Below are positions 52,147 to 64,000 of a stretch of DNA of 64,000 bases, one piece after another (positions within the stretch are counted from its first letter, which is position 1; each line of letters starts with the position of its first letter). The translations under genes and the position numbers were made by a program. A model generated the notes under the pieces. That model made no database searches. It saw only the letters and a list, made by a program, of their open reading frames with translations, and was not told where the DNA came from. Origin of the DNA: Lytechinus pictus (Eukaryota); NCBI RefSeq assembly GCF_037042905.1, contig NC_087245.1, positions 18,788,001-18,852,000 of the forward strand, in the 5' to 3' direction.

Positions 52147-53106
52147 TGTAACACTACAATTTTATTTTATTTTTGCACATGCGGAATTATGGGGGGGGGG
52201 GGGCAAAACGATATGTTTGCCCCCCCCAAAAAAAAAAAATATTTTCATTGGTGGGGCGATCGCCCCCCCCCCCTGCCTCCCGGAGTTCTGTAATAGGATC
52301 CATTCATTTTGCGAATGAAAATTAAAAGAAGAGACACGGTGCGCATGCGTTATTTTTTCTACCCATACATTCAATATTGTTATCTAAAAAACTGAAGTCT
52401 ATATGCCAATAAACGTATCCATCACTTCTACGAAAGTGATAGTTTCAGAATCGAATTGGAGGAGGGGCTTGTTCGAAGTATTAGTCTGATATTACTATCA
52501 CTTCCCGATCGATGTTTGTCATTCATGAAGTTGATTTCAATGGGCAATGTAGTCAAGATGATGTTGGTAGAGTGTTAGAATTCGTTCATATTCGATCCTA
52601 TTTTGAGATGATCAGAGTAACTCACCACATATTGGGATAGGGTAAGTACTCAGTTGTTATTGTAGAATTACCATGATATGTAGTCCTTTATATAATTCAC
52701 TATTTAATGTTGAATAATTATCATATTCCATTATTTCTGTTTTAGAATGCGTCTATCACGTCATACATGCCCATTTGCCAGTCGCACTGTCCCCTATTTC
52801 AATAAAAAAGAAATATCGCATTGTTCCGTCGATGTAAAAATGGAGGGGATTGTAATTTTGTTTGAGGAATAGTTTTCCCATTAAGGTAATCGGAAGAAAA
52901 AAAAACACAACAAAACCTTAGGTAGCCCTCTTTGAAAATATTTGTACACCTTTTCAGTCCCCGGGACCAATATGATATGGCTTATAAAGTTTTTTTTTCA
53001 AATTTGAGGGTGGATGAAAGATGAAATACTGCACTTGTATCAGCATTAGATATGAAGTCATCTTTGTCTAATTCACCCCGGGGTTCATTTCGATAGGCAG
53101 CCCTAT

Positions 53107-53407
53107 GGCCCGTATTCTGAAGTCAGGTTTAACTTTGACCATGGTCTAAGTCTGTGCTAAAGTTTTGGGAGCCAAAAATTCTAACATTCTGTTTACATTG
53201 TATATTTCTTATGTTTACTATTTTGTTTTCTTTTGCTTTCATAATGATGAAAAATACTTCAGTTATCATTCCCTGACAATTTGGATGTCATATGAGTTAA
53301 TAAATTGGATGTGTACTGTTAGTGATTTGTGCCTCTATTCGCTCTCCATAGTTAAACCACAACTTTAAACCAGGGTTTAATTTAAATTCAAGTTCAGAAT
53401 ATGGGCC
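53107..53407. mobile_element. MITE, possibly PIF/Harbinger-like
   Basis: GGCCCGTATTCTGAA ... TTCAGAATATGGGCC TIRs. Confidence 0.72.
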
Positions 53408-54447
53408 AATAAGTCACAATAGAATGTCAAACTCTAAAAAAGGTTTACCCAATACTGGGTAAAATGGGAACATGTATGCTTGCTGGGTAAAATGGTACCA
53501 AATACTTTGTAAATATTACGCAATGTTGCGTTTAAATTTACCCTTTAAACTTGCTTTTTGCCCAAAATGGGGGAAAATTACACAGCAAGCATGCTTGTTC
53601 ACTTTCTACCCAAAATTGAGTAAAATTTTACTCAATCTTTTTTAGAGTGGAAGTACACTCTAAAAAAGAAAGTGTGGAAAGGGGTAAATCACCCTTAAAA
53701 GGGGCCGGGGAGTGACAGGGACACATAATTTTTTTACCAAGGATGGAAAACGCTGTCACCCCTCTGACCTTTTGTCACCCCTCGGACCTTTTCCACCCTT
53801 TTCGCCTTTTGTGTTCTGTGTATAGAGTTTATCCTACTGATGCAATCAATATTTTAATTTTCCCTTGTGATAGAAATATCTGACGGTTCCGCATTTTAAG
53901 GTAATTTTAGTCAATTTCAAATGTTTGGATAACAGTATATGGTGATTTTTTTTTTGCACCGCCAGACAGAGCGAATCTTAAAACACATCAAATACATTGA
54001 GAATGCAAGTCAACTCACACTGAAAAGCTGAGAGGTCTTTGTCGAAATTGTCATGAAGAGAGTTTGACAATACATGTTTATGTACTATGTATCTATGTTT
54101 CAGAAAGCGTTCTGCGTTGTGATTGGAAAAAAACAAACTTCCTTGTGTGAAAAATTCATGCAGGTTGCAGGATGGTTTATTTGAATTCCATATAATAGGA
54201 GGACGCTAAAACTGTGTAAACAACTAAAGTGCATTTAAATCTCGATGAGTTCTGGACGTATGATTAATTACCAACCTTTACATGGGGCTCCATTTGTTTT
54301 TTCCGGATATAAATAAACTGTACAAGACGTTAATCCCCACTCTATTGGGCTTACTGTTAATTGCAGTCATTAATGAAGATTTCATTGCTAGTCTCACAAG
54401 AAAAAAAATAAGGCAATTACAAGAATCATAGTTCAATTCTATATATA

Positions 54448-55426
54448 CAGTGCGTATCAAAAAAAAAGTTTACACTTAGAAAAAATCCTGTAAAATCATA
54501 TATTTGTAATATCCTGAAGATTTTTCCGTATTTTAAGATTGGTACAGATCCATTTAAGCAAATGACGATATAACTGTCGAAAAATATTTTCACTTGAGCG
54601 AGTACCACTGGCTTTTGAAAAGTTGGTGAAAAATGATTTGCGCAGAACTTTGAAATAGTTATGCGAATAAAAGTAGACCTTAATCATGAAGAACACTTGG
54701 ATTTTAGCTAGTAAAATTGACTTGAAGATATCTTTTACTTTTTAAACTTGTTTTCTTGCCCAAAACACTTCGAAGAGTGCATTGCACCCCACCCACTTCC
54801 CCACACACCGAGGCCATCGTGACGATATTTGCTTTACACTGAGCTGCGATATACATGAAATGGCTTAGGCTTGATTTTCATTTTGTTAATCATTGTCAAG
54901 CTTGGGAAAAGTGTGGAGAAACAAGTATTAAATGAAAAATGAAATGTTAACCCACTTTAAATGATAAAACTTAGTGAAAAAATGCTGGAGATGTCAGATA
55001 TAAACTTTTGTTCAGATTCAGTTATGTCCTCAGATCCAGCTGGCACAAAAGAGGTAAAGGTTGTGCTTACTAAGTGTTGAAATTTCAATTTGGGTGGCAA
55101 AATTGTTACAAAATGCTTGAATGTATCCGTTTTATTTCAATTGACTAAAAAAGCAAGGAAAATGTATGAGAAATGTTTCGCAGTGTAAGTTTGATATCGC
55201 CCTTTCCCCTTGACACAGCGTGAAAACGAGCATTTCTGCGCAGATTTCTGAGAGCTTTACAAAATGGACAGTGCTCACTCAAGTGTAACATTCTGTCAAT
55301 ACTTTTACTTTCATTGGATAGATGAGACCCAAACCCAAGATTATACGTGAAAAAATTACCCTCATGTTGTATATTTTTTAATTCCCAGGGCGTTTTCAAA
55401 GTGTAAACTTGTTTTGATACGCACTG
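54448..55426. mobile_element. Tc1/mariner-like non-autonomous element
   Basis: TA|CAGTGCGTATCAAAA..AAGTTTACACTT ... AAGTGTAAACTT.TTTTGATACGCACTG|TA. Confidence 0.88.
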
Positions 55427-55591
55427 TATATATATATACATCCACTTGGTATGGGATTGGTTGAGGTTTCCAAAAGTGCTCAATGCCGGGGCAGAGCAAT
55501 AATATATATGTGTGAAGTTATACATGTACAACATCTTTGGCAACTCTTTTATTTTAAATATTGTTCTCTTCATTCATTTCTTTACAATATT

Positions 55592-55825
55592 AGAAAGTCA
55601 AAAAGGGGCCTAAGCTTTCGATCCTAGCAAAATCTTTGTCGGAGGCAAAATGGCAAACATATAAAGTGGAACAACCATAATATAGACCACAAAAAAGCTA
55701 CAGCAACGCTAGAAACAAGGAGACAAAAGGGGCATTAGTGAGTAGAGAAGACCAATCAGCTTAGTGAAGGGGGTGAAAGAAAAGGAGTAGGCAGACACAA
55801 AGAGAAGTTAGTGTAAGTAAGGCCA
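55592..55825 (-). mobile_element. Second, apparently longer copy of the hammerhead-bearing element (motif 55608-55646, more decayed)
   Basis: About 165 nt nearly identical to 39347-39513; right boundary approximate. Confidence 0.7.
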
Positions 55826-55833
55826 GTAAAAGA

Positions 55834-56707
55834 CCTCAAAAAAGTTTGGAAATCTGAGTTTGGCCATTAATTTCTCCCAACTCCCAATTTTACACAATGC
55901 ATATTTGACATCATTTAAAAGATCATTTAATTCTCTTTGAAATGATACCATGATTGTTATGATCATGCCATCACGAAAATAGCAGGATTCAAAAGTGTTG
56001 GATGATGTCTGAATTTAAAAGCTGCAAACGAGCAAAAAAAAGTTTGGAAATCTGAGTTTGGCCATTAATTTTTCCCAACTCCCAATTTTACACATTGCAT
56101 ATTTGATATCATTCAAAAGATCATTTAATTCTCTTTAAAATGATAACATGCTTGTTATGATCATGCCATCACGAAAAGAAAAGGATTCAAAAGTGATGGA
56201 TGAGGTCTGAATTGAAAAGCTGCAAAACGAGCAGAAATAGTTATGGAGGGTCAATACAGAACATGATTCTTTTGTCTGAATAGAGAAGAAAATCCATTCA
56301 AATCAAGCCCCTGCTTCTTCATTTTTTATGTTTTGTTGTGGTTTATGTAGTGATGGTTTGTTTGTTTGTTTGTTATGTGTTTGCTTGTGCAGAGGTGTGT
56401 TTGATTCCATGTTAATGTTGATGTTAAGGTGCATGAAAACAATAAAAGAAACCGCTGAGAAACTCACTCATCACCACGGAAAAAAGAACAGTGACTCTTA
56501 ATATTGTGTCTTTTTGCAACTTTTGAATTTTGACCTTGCCCCACATTTGAAGGCACTGCACCTCCATGTGAACCATAATCATATCATGTAGGGTATCATT
56601 TTCAAGAAAATTAAATGATCTATTCATTGATATTAATATCACATTGATATTTAGTAAAACCGAGGAGGGATTATTGACCAAAGTAAGATTTCCAAACTTT
56701 TTGGAGG
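55834..56707. mobile_element. TIR element with an internal about 197-bp tandem duplication of its left end
   Basis: CCTCAAAAAAGTTTGGAAATCT / AGATTTCCAAACTTTTTGGAGG; unit repeated at about 55838 and 56035. Confidence 0.65.
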
Positions 56708-56746
<39 letters not shown>

Positions 56747-56768
56747 TAATATATATTAATATAAATAT

Positions 56769-57143
56769 ATAATGAAATGAGGGTCAACTCAAAAGATGAC
56801 GCAGGAAACCATTCTTAGCTTTAGCTTTCGTTTTTATTAAGACTTCGTCACAAGCGGTCTGAAAAATAAAAGGGGTTACAACATCCAACTTTGGCTTATA
56901 ATCACAAATTAATGCACATCAATGAATTATTAACAAGTTGAATATATTCCATAATCTCATTAGACAGATGCATGAATCTATCATCAGTCTAATGAGATTA
57001 TGGAATATATTCAACTTGATAATAATTCATTGATGTGCATCAAGCCATACTTGGATGTTGTAGTCCCTTGTATTTTTAGGCCGCTTCTACACGACAGCTA
57101 AAGCTTTCTGCGTCGTCTTTTGAGTTGACCTTCATCTCATTAT
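56769..57143. repeat. Long fold-back inverted repeat between (TA)n tracts
   Basis: Arms 56769-56970 and 56982-57143, near-perfect over the inner about 60 bp, 11-nt loop. Confidence 0.85.
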
Positions 57144-58058
57144 GTTACATAAAGAGCGTTTGGTACACTTAAATTTGGCATCACAATATTTATATATATA
57201 TATATATAATACATGGGGATATTAATTTCTTAATTTTACCATTTTTGGATTCACCGGCTCTTGGCTTTGCTAAACAAGGAATGGTGATCTGTGATTGCAT
57301 TTACCTTGTAAAATGTATGAGAATACAGGGTTTCTGTTTGTAATTTGGCTTCATTTTGATCTGCTGTGAATTCCAGGAAATATTCAAGCTCACTTGGAAG
57401 GGATGGATACAGGATATCATGATTGTGGGGGATGGGGCAAAGAAAATATTGATCTATTTGATTTTCGCAGATTATTTTTCCTCAAGAAGAAAAGGAGGCT
57501 CTCGCTGCCAGAATGCACCATAACCGCAAAATATAACATTACTGCTGTTCAAGTGTGTTATGGGGTCACAGGTATAATTTTTTGTGGAAAATGGGCGACA
57601 ATCGATTTGATTTGGCAGATTATTTCTTCTACAGTAATAAAAATGTTTTGACTGCCCAAAAGCACCATGTTATAGCTATAGTTATTCCGTATAATTATCA
57701 TATGATTTCTCATATTTGTTTTGGTTTTGCTTTAATTTGCTATTATTTACCATTACGTTGGTTCTGCTGCTAATTTTATGATTTGCTTTATTTGTTTTGT
57801 TTAGCAAATAAAAACTGAAGAAGGCCAGGGGCCCGTATCATAAAGCTAAGCAATCTTCGGAGAATATTTTTCTACGATTGATTGCATTTATTACAATGTA
57901 CAAATCAATCGTACGATTAATCGCTAATCTTTGTGTTACGTACGGAGCCCATATCACAAAGCTTCGCAACATAATAGTGTATACTCTACTTCATTCTTGA
58001 TTCTACTCTTCACACATGTATTATAAAACATGATCAGAGCGATTGGTATACATATATA

Positions 58059-58093
<35 letters not shown>

Positions 58094-58160
58094 TTAACAA
58101 TAATTTATCATATTATGTTTCTGTTTCTGTTCTAAAAAGAAAATGCAATAATTTTGTGTG

Positions 58161-58519
58161 CCCCTTTCATATTGCGCTTCTCACCGGCGAACTACACCGG
58201 CGAAGTTCGCCAGCGAAGGGGAAAGTGTCCAGTATGAAAGGTACAGATGAGAACTTCACCGGTGAAGTTCGCCGGCAAACTTCTCCACCTCTAGAGGTGG
58301 AGAACTTTGCCGGTGAAAAGGCCAGTATGAAAGTAGTCCACCTCCTGGACTGTTGTTATTTGGTACGATACGACTACCAAACACATAGCACACTACATCC
58401 CCAGAACACGCATACACACACCCCCTGAATAGTCACAAGTTCTCCTGTGTACCTTTCATACTGGACACTTTCCCCTTCGCTGGCGAACTTCGCCGGTGAA
58501 AAGCGCAATATGAAAGGGG
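58161..58519. mobile_element. GC-rich fold-back MITE with nested palindromes
   Basis: CCCCTTTCATATTGCGCTT / AAGCGCAATATGAAAGGGG TIR plus long subterminal inverted repeats. Confidence 0.8.
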
Positions 58520-60398
58520 TATTAAAGGGTCACGTGGATTAAAAAAAATAATATTTAAAGCTAATATCATACCATATTTTTTGTCAGAATTGACTGACGT
58601 CTATGAAAAAATTGAAATTATCTGAGCGAAGTAACATTAAGATGATCAAGAAAAATTATTATATATACATTCTGAAAAAATATTGGGTAAATGAGGGTAA
58701 TTATGTGTCCAACCAACATTGAGCATCTCTTTGGGGCATTTCTATTCATCCAGTGTGATGAAAAATTTTCCCATTCTGAAGTAATTGCTGCTTATTTTTT
58801 AACTTTATTTTGACGATATGCTTCCCGCATTGGGCAAAATACTGCCCCAAATTGGTTGGACACATAATTACCCTCGTGGTGGTAAAGATGTTACCCAATA
58901 TTCATTGCAGTGTATATGTCAATGTCATACCCCTTGATACACTAATTTTTCTATGTCATTTTATTTTTTGTTGGAAATGAAATAAATAGGAATTCGAATT
59001 ATACAAAAACAGGAATGGAATTTCATCCAGTAACTCCATCGACCATAGGTAATACAGTAAAAAGAAGGTCATTGTATCAGGAAAACATTTTTCACTAAAA
59101 TCAGAGCATCGATGTCATTGCCTACACCTAACATTGGTATATTCAAACCCGTTCAACTTTTTGAAATATCGATCATGTTGACGGGGGGAAAATAGAGAAT
59201 CATGAAATAAAACCCTTTATCGCTTCTTTCTTTTATTTTTCAAAATCCCAGTTAATGAGAGTAGCCATTTGCCAGTAGCTACCAGTGATATGAACGTCAT
59301 CGTCCGTATGTAATGCAAGATGAGGATTTGTCATTAATAATGGATATCGATCTGGTAATGCTGGTATCCCCGGTAACAGTAAAATCAGTGGTGTATTTAT
59401 CGAATAGTGGGGGGGGGGGGGCAATAAGCCCTTTCCTATCCCTTATTTTAATCCTATATATCCGACCGATATGGTTGGTGGTGGCGGCACAGAGTGTACG
59501 TGCGTGTGGGTGGGGTGCGAGTGTGTTGTGTTTTCACAGACGTGTATAAATCAGATATGATTATTGAGATGAGAGTCCAACCTTTAACGTCACCATCCGA
59601 AAACGTGAATGCGCAGGGAATAAAAGTATGTGCGGTGTACGAGTTTCAAACCACTGATTATATAGGTCATCAAAATCAGACTCAGATTGAATATCAATTC
59701 CGAATCATGGGTATGTAGGCATGGTTGGAGGACTATGAAAGAGGCTTAATCTCTGCATTAAAAAAAAAACACAAACAGATACGGGGGGGGGGGGGGTGTG
59801 TCTCGTCCTCTAGCTCCCTTTTGCTTCTCACCCCCTTCATCAATACGCTTCTATTTCATATTGTATTCATGATGTTTGTAATGGAGGCATGGTTCCCACT
59901 CGCCCATGATCCGGAAGTGATATTCAATATATCTCATCCTTTTTCCCCCTTTTCACGTTTCATGTCAACAATATCCCAGATTCACCATCACTGGAATGGA
60001 AAGTGATTAAAGGCCAAGCCATTTCAATATGATTCAATATCGTTGATTAAAAGGATGTATTCATTGTAGATATATATTCATAGGTCTACACATGAATGAC
60101 AAGTGAGAGTGATCACAGAGAACCTGGCATTCTAATTATTTTTTTTAATTATTAATTTTTGAAAAATGTTTATTTTATTATTTTGACAAAGGTAAAATGT
60201 TAAAAAAAAACTATTTTGATTATAGATTTCAAATTGATAGGTCAAGATAGATCATTAAAAATGAAAACCGATTGCGTGAAACAAACTAGCAATCAGTATG
60301 ATACATACATGCCTATATATATATATAATAATACAAAACATTTATAGGGCGCTTAATACGGGCGTTTCTAATCGCGCTGTGTTCTGAATTTATATATT

Positions 60399-60429
<31 letters not shown>

Positions 60430-60440
60430 TTAAATGATTG

Positions 60441-60682
60441 CACTGCAAAAACTCCGGTGTTGATTTAACACCAGCCTGGAATCTATATATGTCCACACCA
60501 GAGAGGTGTGAAACAACACCAGTTTGGTTTTGGTCTAACACCAGATAGGTGTTTATACAACACCAATTAGTATCAAAACAGAATCGGTTTAATTCCAAAG
60601 TGGTTCTGTTTCAATACTGCTCTGGTGTGGACATATATAGATTCCGGGCTGGTGTTAAATCAACACCGAAGTTTTTGCAGTG
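60441..60682. mobile_element. CMC/EnSpm-like MITE; related CACT-ended elements near 51092-51365, 53430-53649 and 58668-58912
   Basis: CACTGCAAAAACT...AGTTTTTGCAGTG, about 60-bp TIRs, 2-bp TSD TG. Confidence 0.8.
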
Positions 60683-63000
60683 TGGAGACTTCTCAACGTC
60701 CTCTCTGTGAATGTCTTTCATGATATAAAAATTACGCGTATGGAGATAATTTCCATACTTTAATAATAAAAAAAGTAATAATGTATTTTTCAGTGTAAAT
60801 TTTTTCGTATCCCAAAGATGTACATGCAGTCAGAATGTGGGCATGAAAGTGCTAATGACACATGCATGGGCGGCGATCCTGGGGGCTGGGCGCACGGTGC
60901 CCCCCACTTTTTGAAGCACTGAAAACGTGCACCGCTTACGCAAGAAAAAAAACCCTCACGAACGTGTAATTTGGGCTCATTTCACCACCTTAAATAAGTC
61001 ATTTGTTTTCTTTGTTTTAAGATAGTGCCCCTTTCGAAAAAATGTGCCATTTTCCCCCTGTGCCCCCCCCCCCCTTTCCCTGGACACATGCCAACTACAC
61101 CGTTTGTCCACATTGAGCAATCTGAATTTCATTGAATCATAATTTCATTTGGGGTAAATGCCATAATCCGTTGCTAGGCATACTCAGAATCCATCCATTT
61201 TGAAATCGGTCTGATGTAATGTTCTACATTCACATGATTAGGAAATAGGAACGAATTCAATTAAGTCATTTTATTCATGTAAAGGCTCTTATTGTCTCTA
61301 TTAATGAAAGACTTACCTCCCGTACATTTCTTGCAACGCATTGTTGTATAGTGTTTAATTAAAGGCATTCCGTTAGACAGGAATTAATCACAACGATGCT
61401 ATCCTTCAAAATACACAAAATAAATGTAATAAATATCTGTATGCATGACTTTGTGAGTATGGGCGGGAGTGTTGGTTTGAATGCAGAGAGCGGCGGCGTC
61501 ATGGGGAAAATATCGAAAAGGTCGCGATGCAGTGAAAGTTTTGCCTTTTCAAAAATGAAATTCCCATTTTGTGAACGATTTTGACACAGTATAAAACATA
61601 TCATATTTCACCCATTTTCGAGGGTGACATCCTCCCCCATCCGTATACACCAGTGTGGGGGAAAGAGAGTGAGGGCAAATATGGAAATCAACTGTAGCAG
61701 TGATTAATACAATACTTCCTTATGAGACATATTTCTCTAATTAAAGGAACAATTATGTATTTTTTTACAACCGAAACTTGGTGTCGACTTCCAATTTACT
61801 CTTAACGAAAACGAAGTAGCAAAAATCTCTCATCTCTTATTTCAAAACTTTGATACTGGTGTCATTTGACATGTTTGATCCAGGGTGGAGTAAATTAGTG
61901 GCGGACCCAGGGGGGGGGGGGGCATTTCCGACCCATGCCCTTCAGCAAGTGACAAGGACGATGAGCACGGTGGGGGGGGGGGGGGTAGTAGGCATGGACG
62001 TATAGGCACAATTTTTTTCAAGGGGGCTGATAATCATTGCCCGAATATCAACTTTAGTTTTTAATTTGCGAGCGAACATTCTTTTAAATTATTATTAGCC
62101 TTTTTACATGATGTGAAACGTGCAGAAATTATACATTCGGTCATAAAATTACCAATACACGAGGATATTTGGGCACCTCGCAGTCCTGAAGGTGGGAAAG
62201 GTTACCCAGGGGCTGCCCAATGAAACAGTTGGGATCTTGCTACTACTGATATTTGCTATCGAGCGTTTGCACTTTATTGTCGAAATTAATTCTTTTTTGG
62301 TATATCATTCCAGAAATGAAATGTATTGGATCGTGATCAACATATTTCTAATCAAGTGGTAATTGCAATGTTTATATTAAAATACTTTTTTTATTCCTCT
62401 TTGAAGGTGTTACATTATGTTCCCAATTCTGCTCATTTGGAGACGTTACAAAAGAGGTATATTTGACATTGAAATCAGTTGTATTCATGTATTGATTTGC
62501 ATTTGGTTTATTTCCATATACACAGTTAAAAACAAAAATAAATGCATCCATTCACTCATAAAAATTAAATATGAACGTGAAAATATATGCGACAGTAACA
62601 TGATAATCACTAGATATTGGGAAAATCACTCACTCACTGGCAGGAATGTCAAAAGGTTGAGGGAATTGAAATTGGAAAAAGATAGATAGGCGGATGAAGG
62701 GATCGGGTACATAGGAGAGAAAGGGGCGGCGGTAATAACCAGAGGAATGTGTAAGCAGGGGTATAGCTAGGCCTTTTCCAGTGGGGGGGGGGGGTGGGGG
62801 GTGGAGGACCTTGATTATCGACAGATATCAGTACCGACTACGACCAAAACTCATCTATAACTAACTCAGGGGCAGATCCTGGATTTTCAAGGGGGACATT
62901 ATTGTTTACAAAAATTTTGACAAGCCCCACCACCAAAAAGACTTCACTTTCACTGAAACGTGCCTAACAATTTACACTAAAATAATATAAAATTAATAAT

Positions 63001-63930
63001 TGCGAGCGCGAGCTGAATTCTTTCTGAAAATCTAGTCCTAAAACGATACATTTTGTGCACTTAATTATGAAAAGTATAGGTATCTTCATTAATAATTGAT
63101 GCGAGCGCGAAGCGCGAGCTAAAACTTTGATATTCCTTACTGGACCCTAGACATTCTAAGCAGTTTTACAGGATGGGTATCTAAACAGTCGTGCGGGCGC
63201 GAAGCACGATCTAAAACTTTTGATATTCCGACTTAAGAACTGGATATTCTAAGCACTTTTAGTAACCATGAACAAATTGGTTTCTAACTGAAAAATAAAT
63301 TGATGCGAGCGCGAAGAGCGAGCTGAAAATTTTAGATATTCCCCCTGAAAACTGGACATTCTAAGCACCTTTTTTTTTTTTAACTTTGAACAAGATGGTA
63401 GTTAAAAACAATCAATTGGTGTGAGCGCGAAGCGCGAGCTGAAAATTTTTGATATTTCGACCTGAAAACTTTCATTCTAAGCACTTCATTTAATTATGAA
63501 CAAGATGGAATTTTATGCGAGTGCGAAGCTCGAGCTGAAATTTTTTATATTCCAACCTAAGAACTTGATATTCTAAGCAATTTCGGAAACCGTGAACAAA
63601 TTGGTTTCTAATGATATATTTTTGATATTTTTTTTTATATTCCGACCTGAAAACCGGAAATTCTAAGCACTTCATTTAACTATGAACAGGATGGATATAC
63701 CTAAACAGTTATATGCGAGCACGAATCGCCAGCTGAAATATTTGAAATTCCGGCCTAAGAACTGGATATTAAAAGCACTTTTTGTAACTGTGAACAAATT
63801 GGTTTCTAACTAATTAATTGACGCGAGCGCAAAATGCGAGCTGAACATTTTTGATATTTCAACCTGAAAACTAGACATTTATCTTAGGTATCCAACTAAA
63901 AAATTGATGCAAGCGCGTAGCGCTAGCGAA
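63001..63930 (+). repeat. Tandem array of about 90-120-bp units with GCGAGCGCGAAGCGCGAGCTGAAA core; same unit at 51410-51880 and, inverted, at 44820-45160
   Basis: About 9-10 recognisable units. Confidence 0.85.
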
Positions 63931-64000
63931 TATTTTTATTGTTATAATTATATTATCTAAAAGTTGTTCTCTATATTTTTCCTGTCCCTGGTCAGCCCAG

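Noticed and set aside
46174..55573. ORFs inside Tc1-like elements as possible transposases
   Set aside because: Elements are under 1 kb, ORFs are short and no DDE motif is visible
58030..58428. 132-aa ORF
   Set aside because: Runs through a (TA)n tract and a palindromic MITE; no recognisable domain
59233..60006. Cluster of 60-90-aa ORFs as a third gene
   Set aside because: No recognisable motifs or consistent splice structure
63001..63930. CRISPR-like appearance of a conserved palindromic core with spacers
   Set aside because: Spacers are homologous to each other, the context is eukaryotic and there are no cas genes; it is a tandem repeat

Overview
AT-rich, intron-containing animal genomic DNA. 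The repeat landscape suggests an invertebrate deuterostome, possibly a sea urchin; this is inference. Two convergent genes can be rebuilt exon by exon with GT-AG sites and consistent phases. (1) The last 4 coding exons of a HELZ2-like superfamily-1 RNA helicase (+, 1249-5125; 5' part lies outside the window). (2) A complete PepT1/PepT2-type proton-coupled oligopeptide transporter (SLC15A1/2-like; -, 19 shared exons at 13794-29181) with two phase-compatible candidate ATG exons, 41436-41484 (748 aa) and 34417-34540 (773 aa). The rest is non-autonomous transposon DNA: Kolobok/T2-like TTAA MITEs, hAT-like 8-bp-TSD MITEs, Tc1/mariner-like, CMC-like, SINE, Helitron-like and Penelope-like remnants. 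Most notable: a small retro-insertion with a 13-bp TSD carrying a minimal hammerhead-ribozyme fold (two copies, both on the SLC15 sense strand), a four-level nested transposon stack at 43.1-46.1 kb, a possible N-terminus/uORF splicing switch, and a GYxxL sorting motif in the transporter tail.
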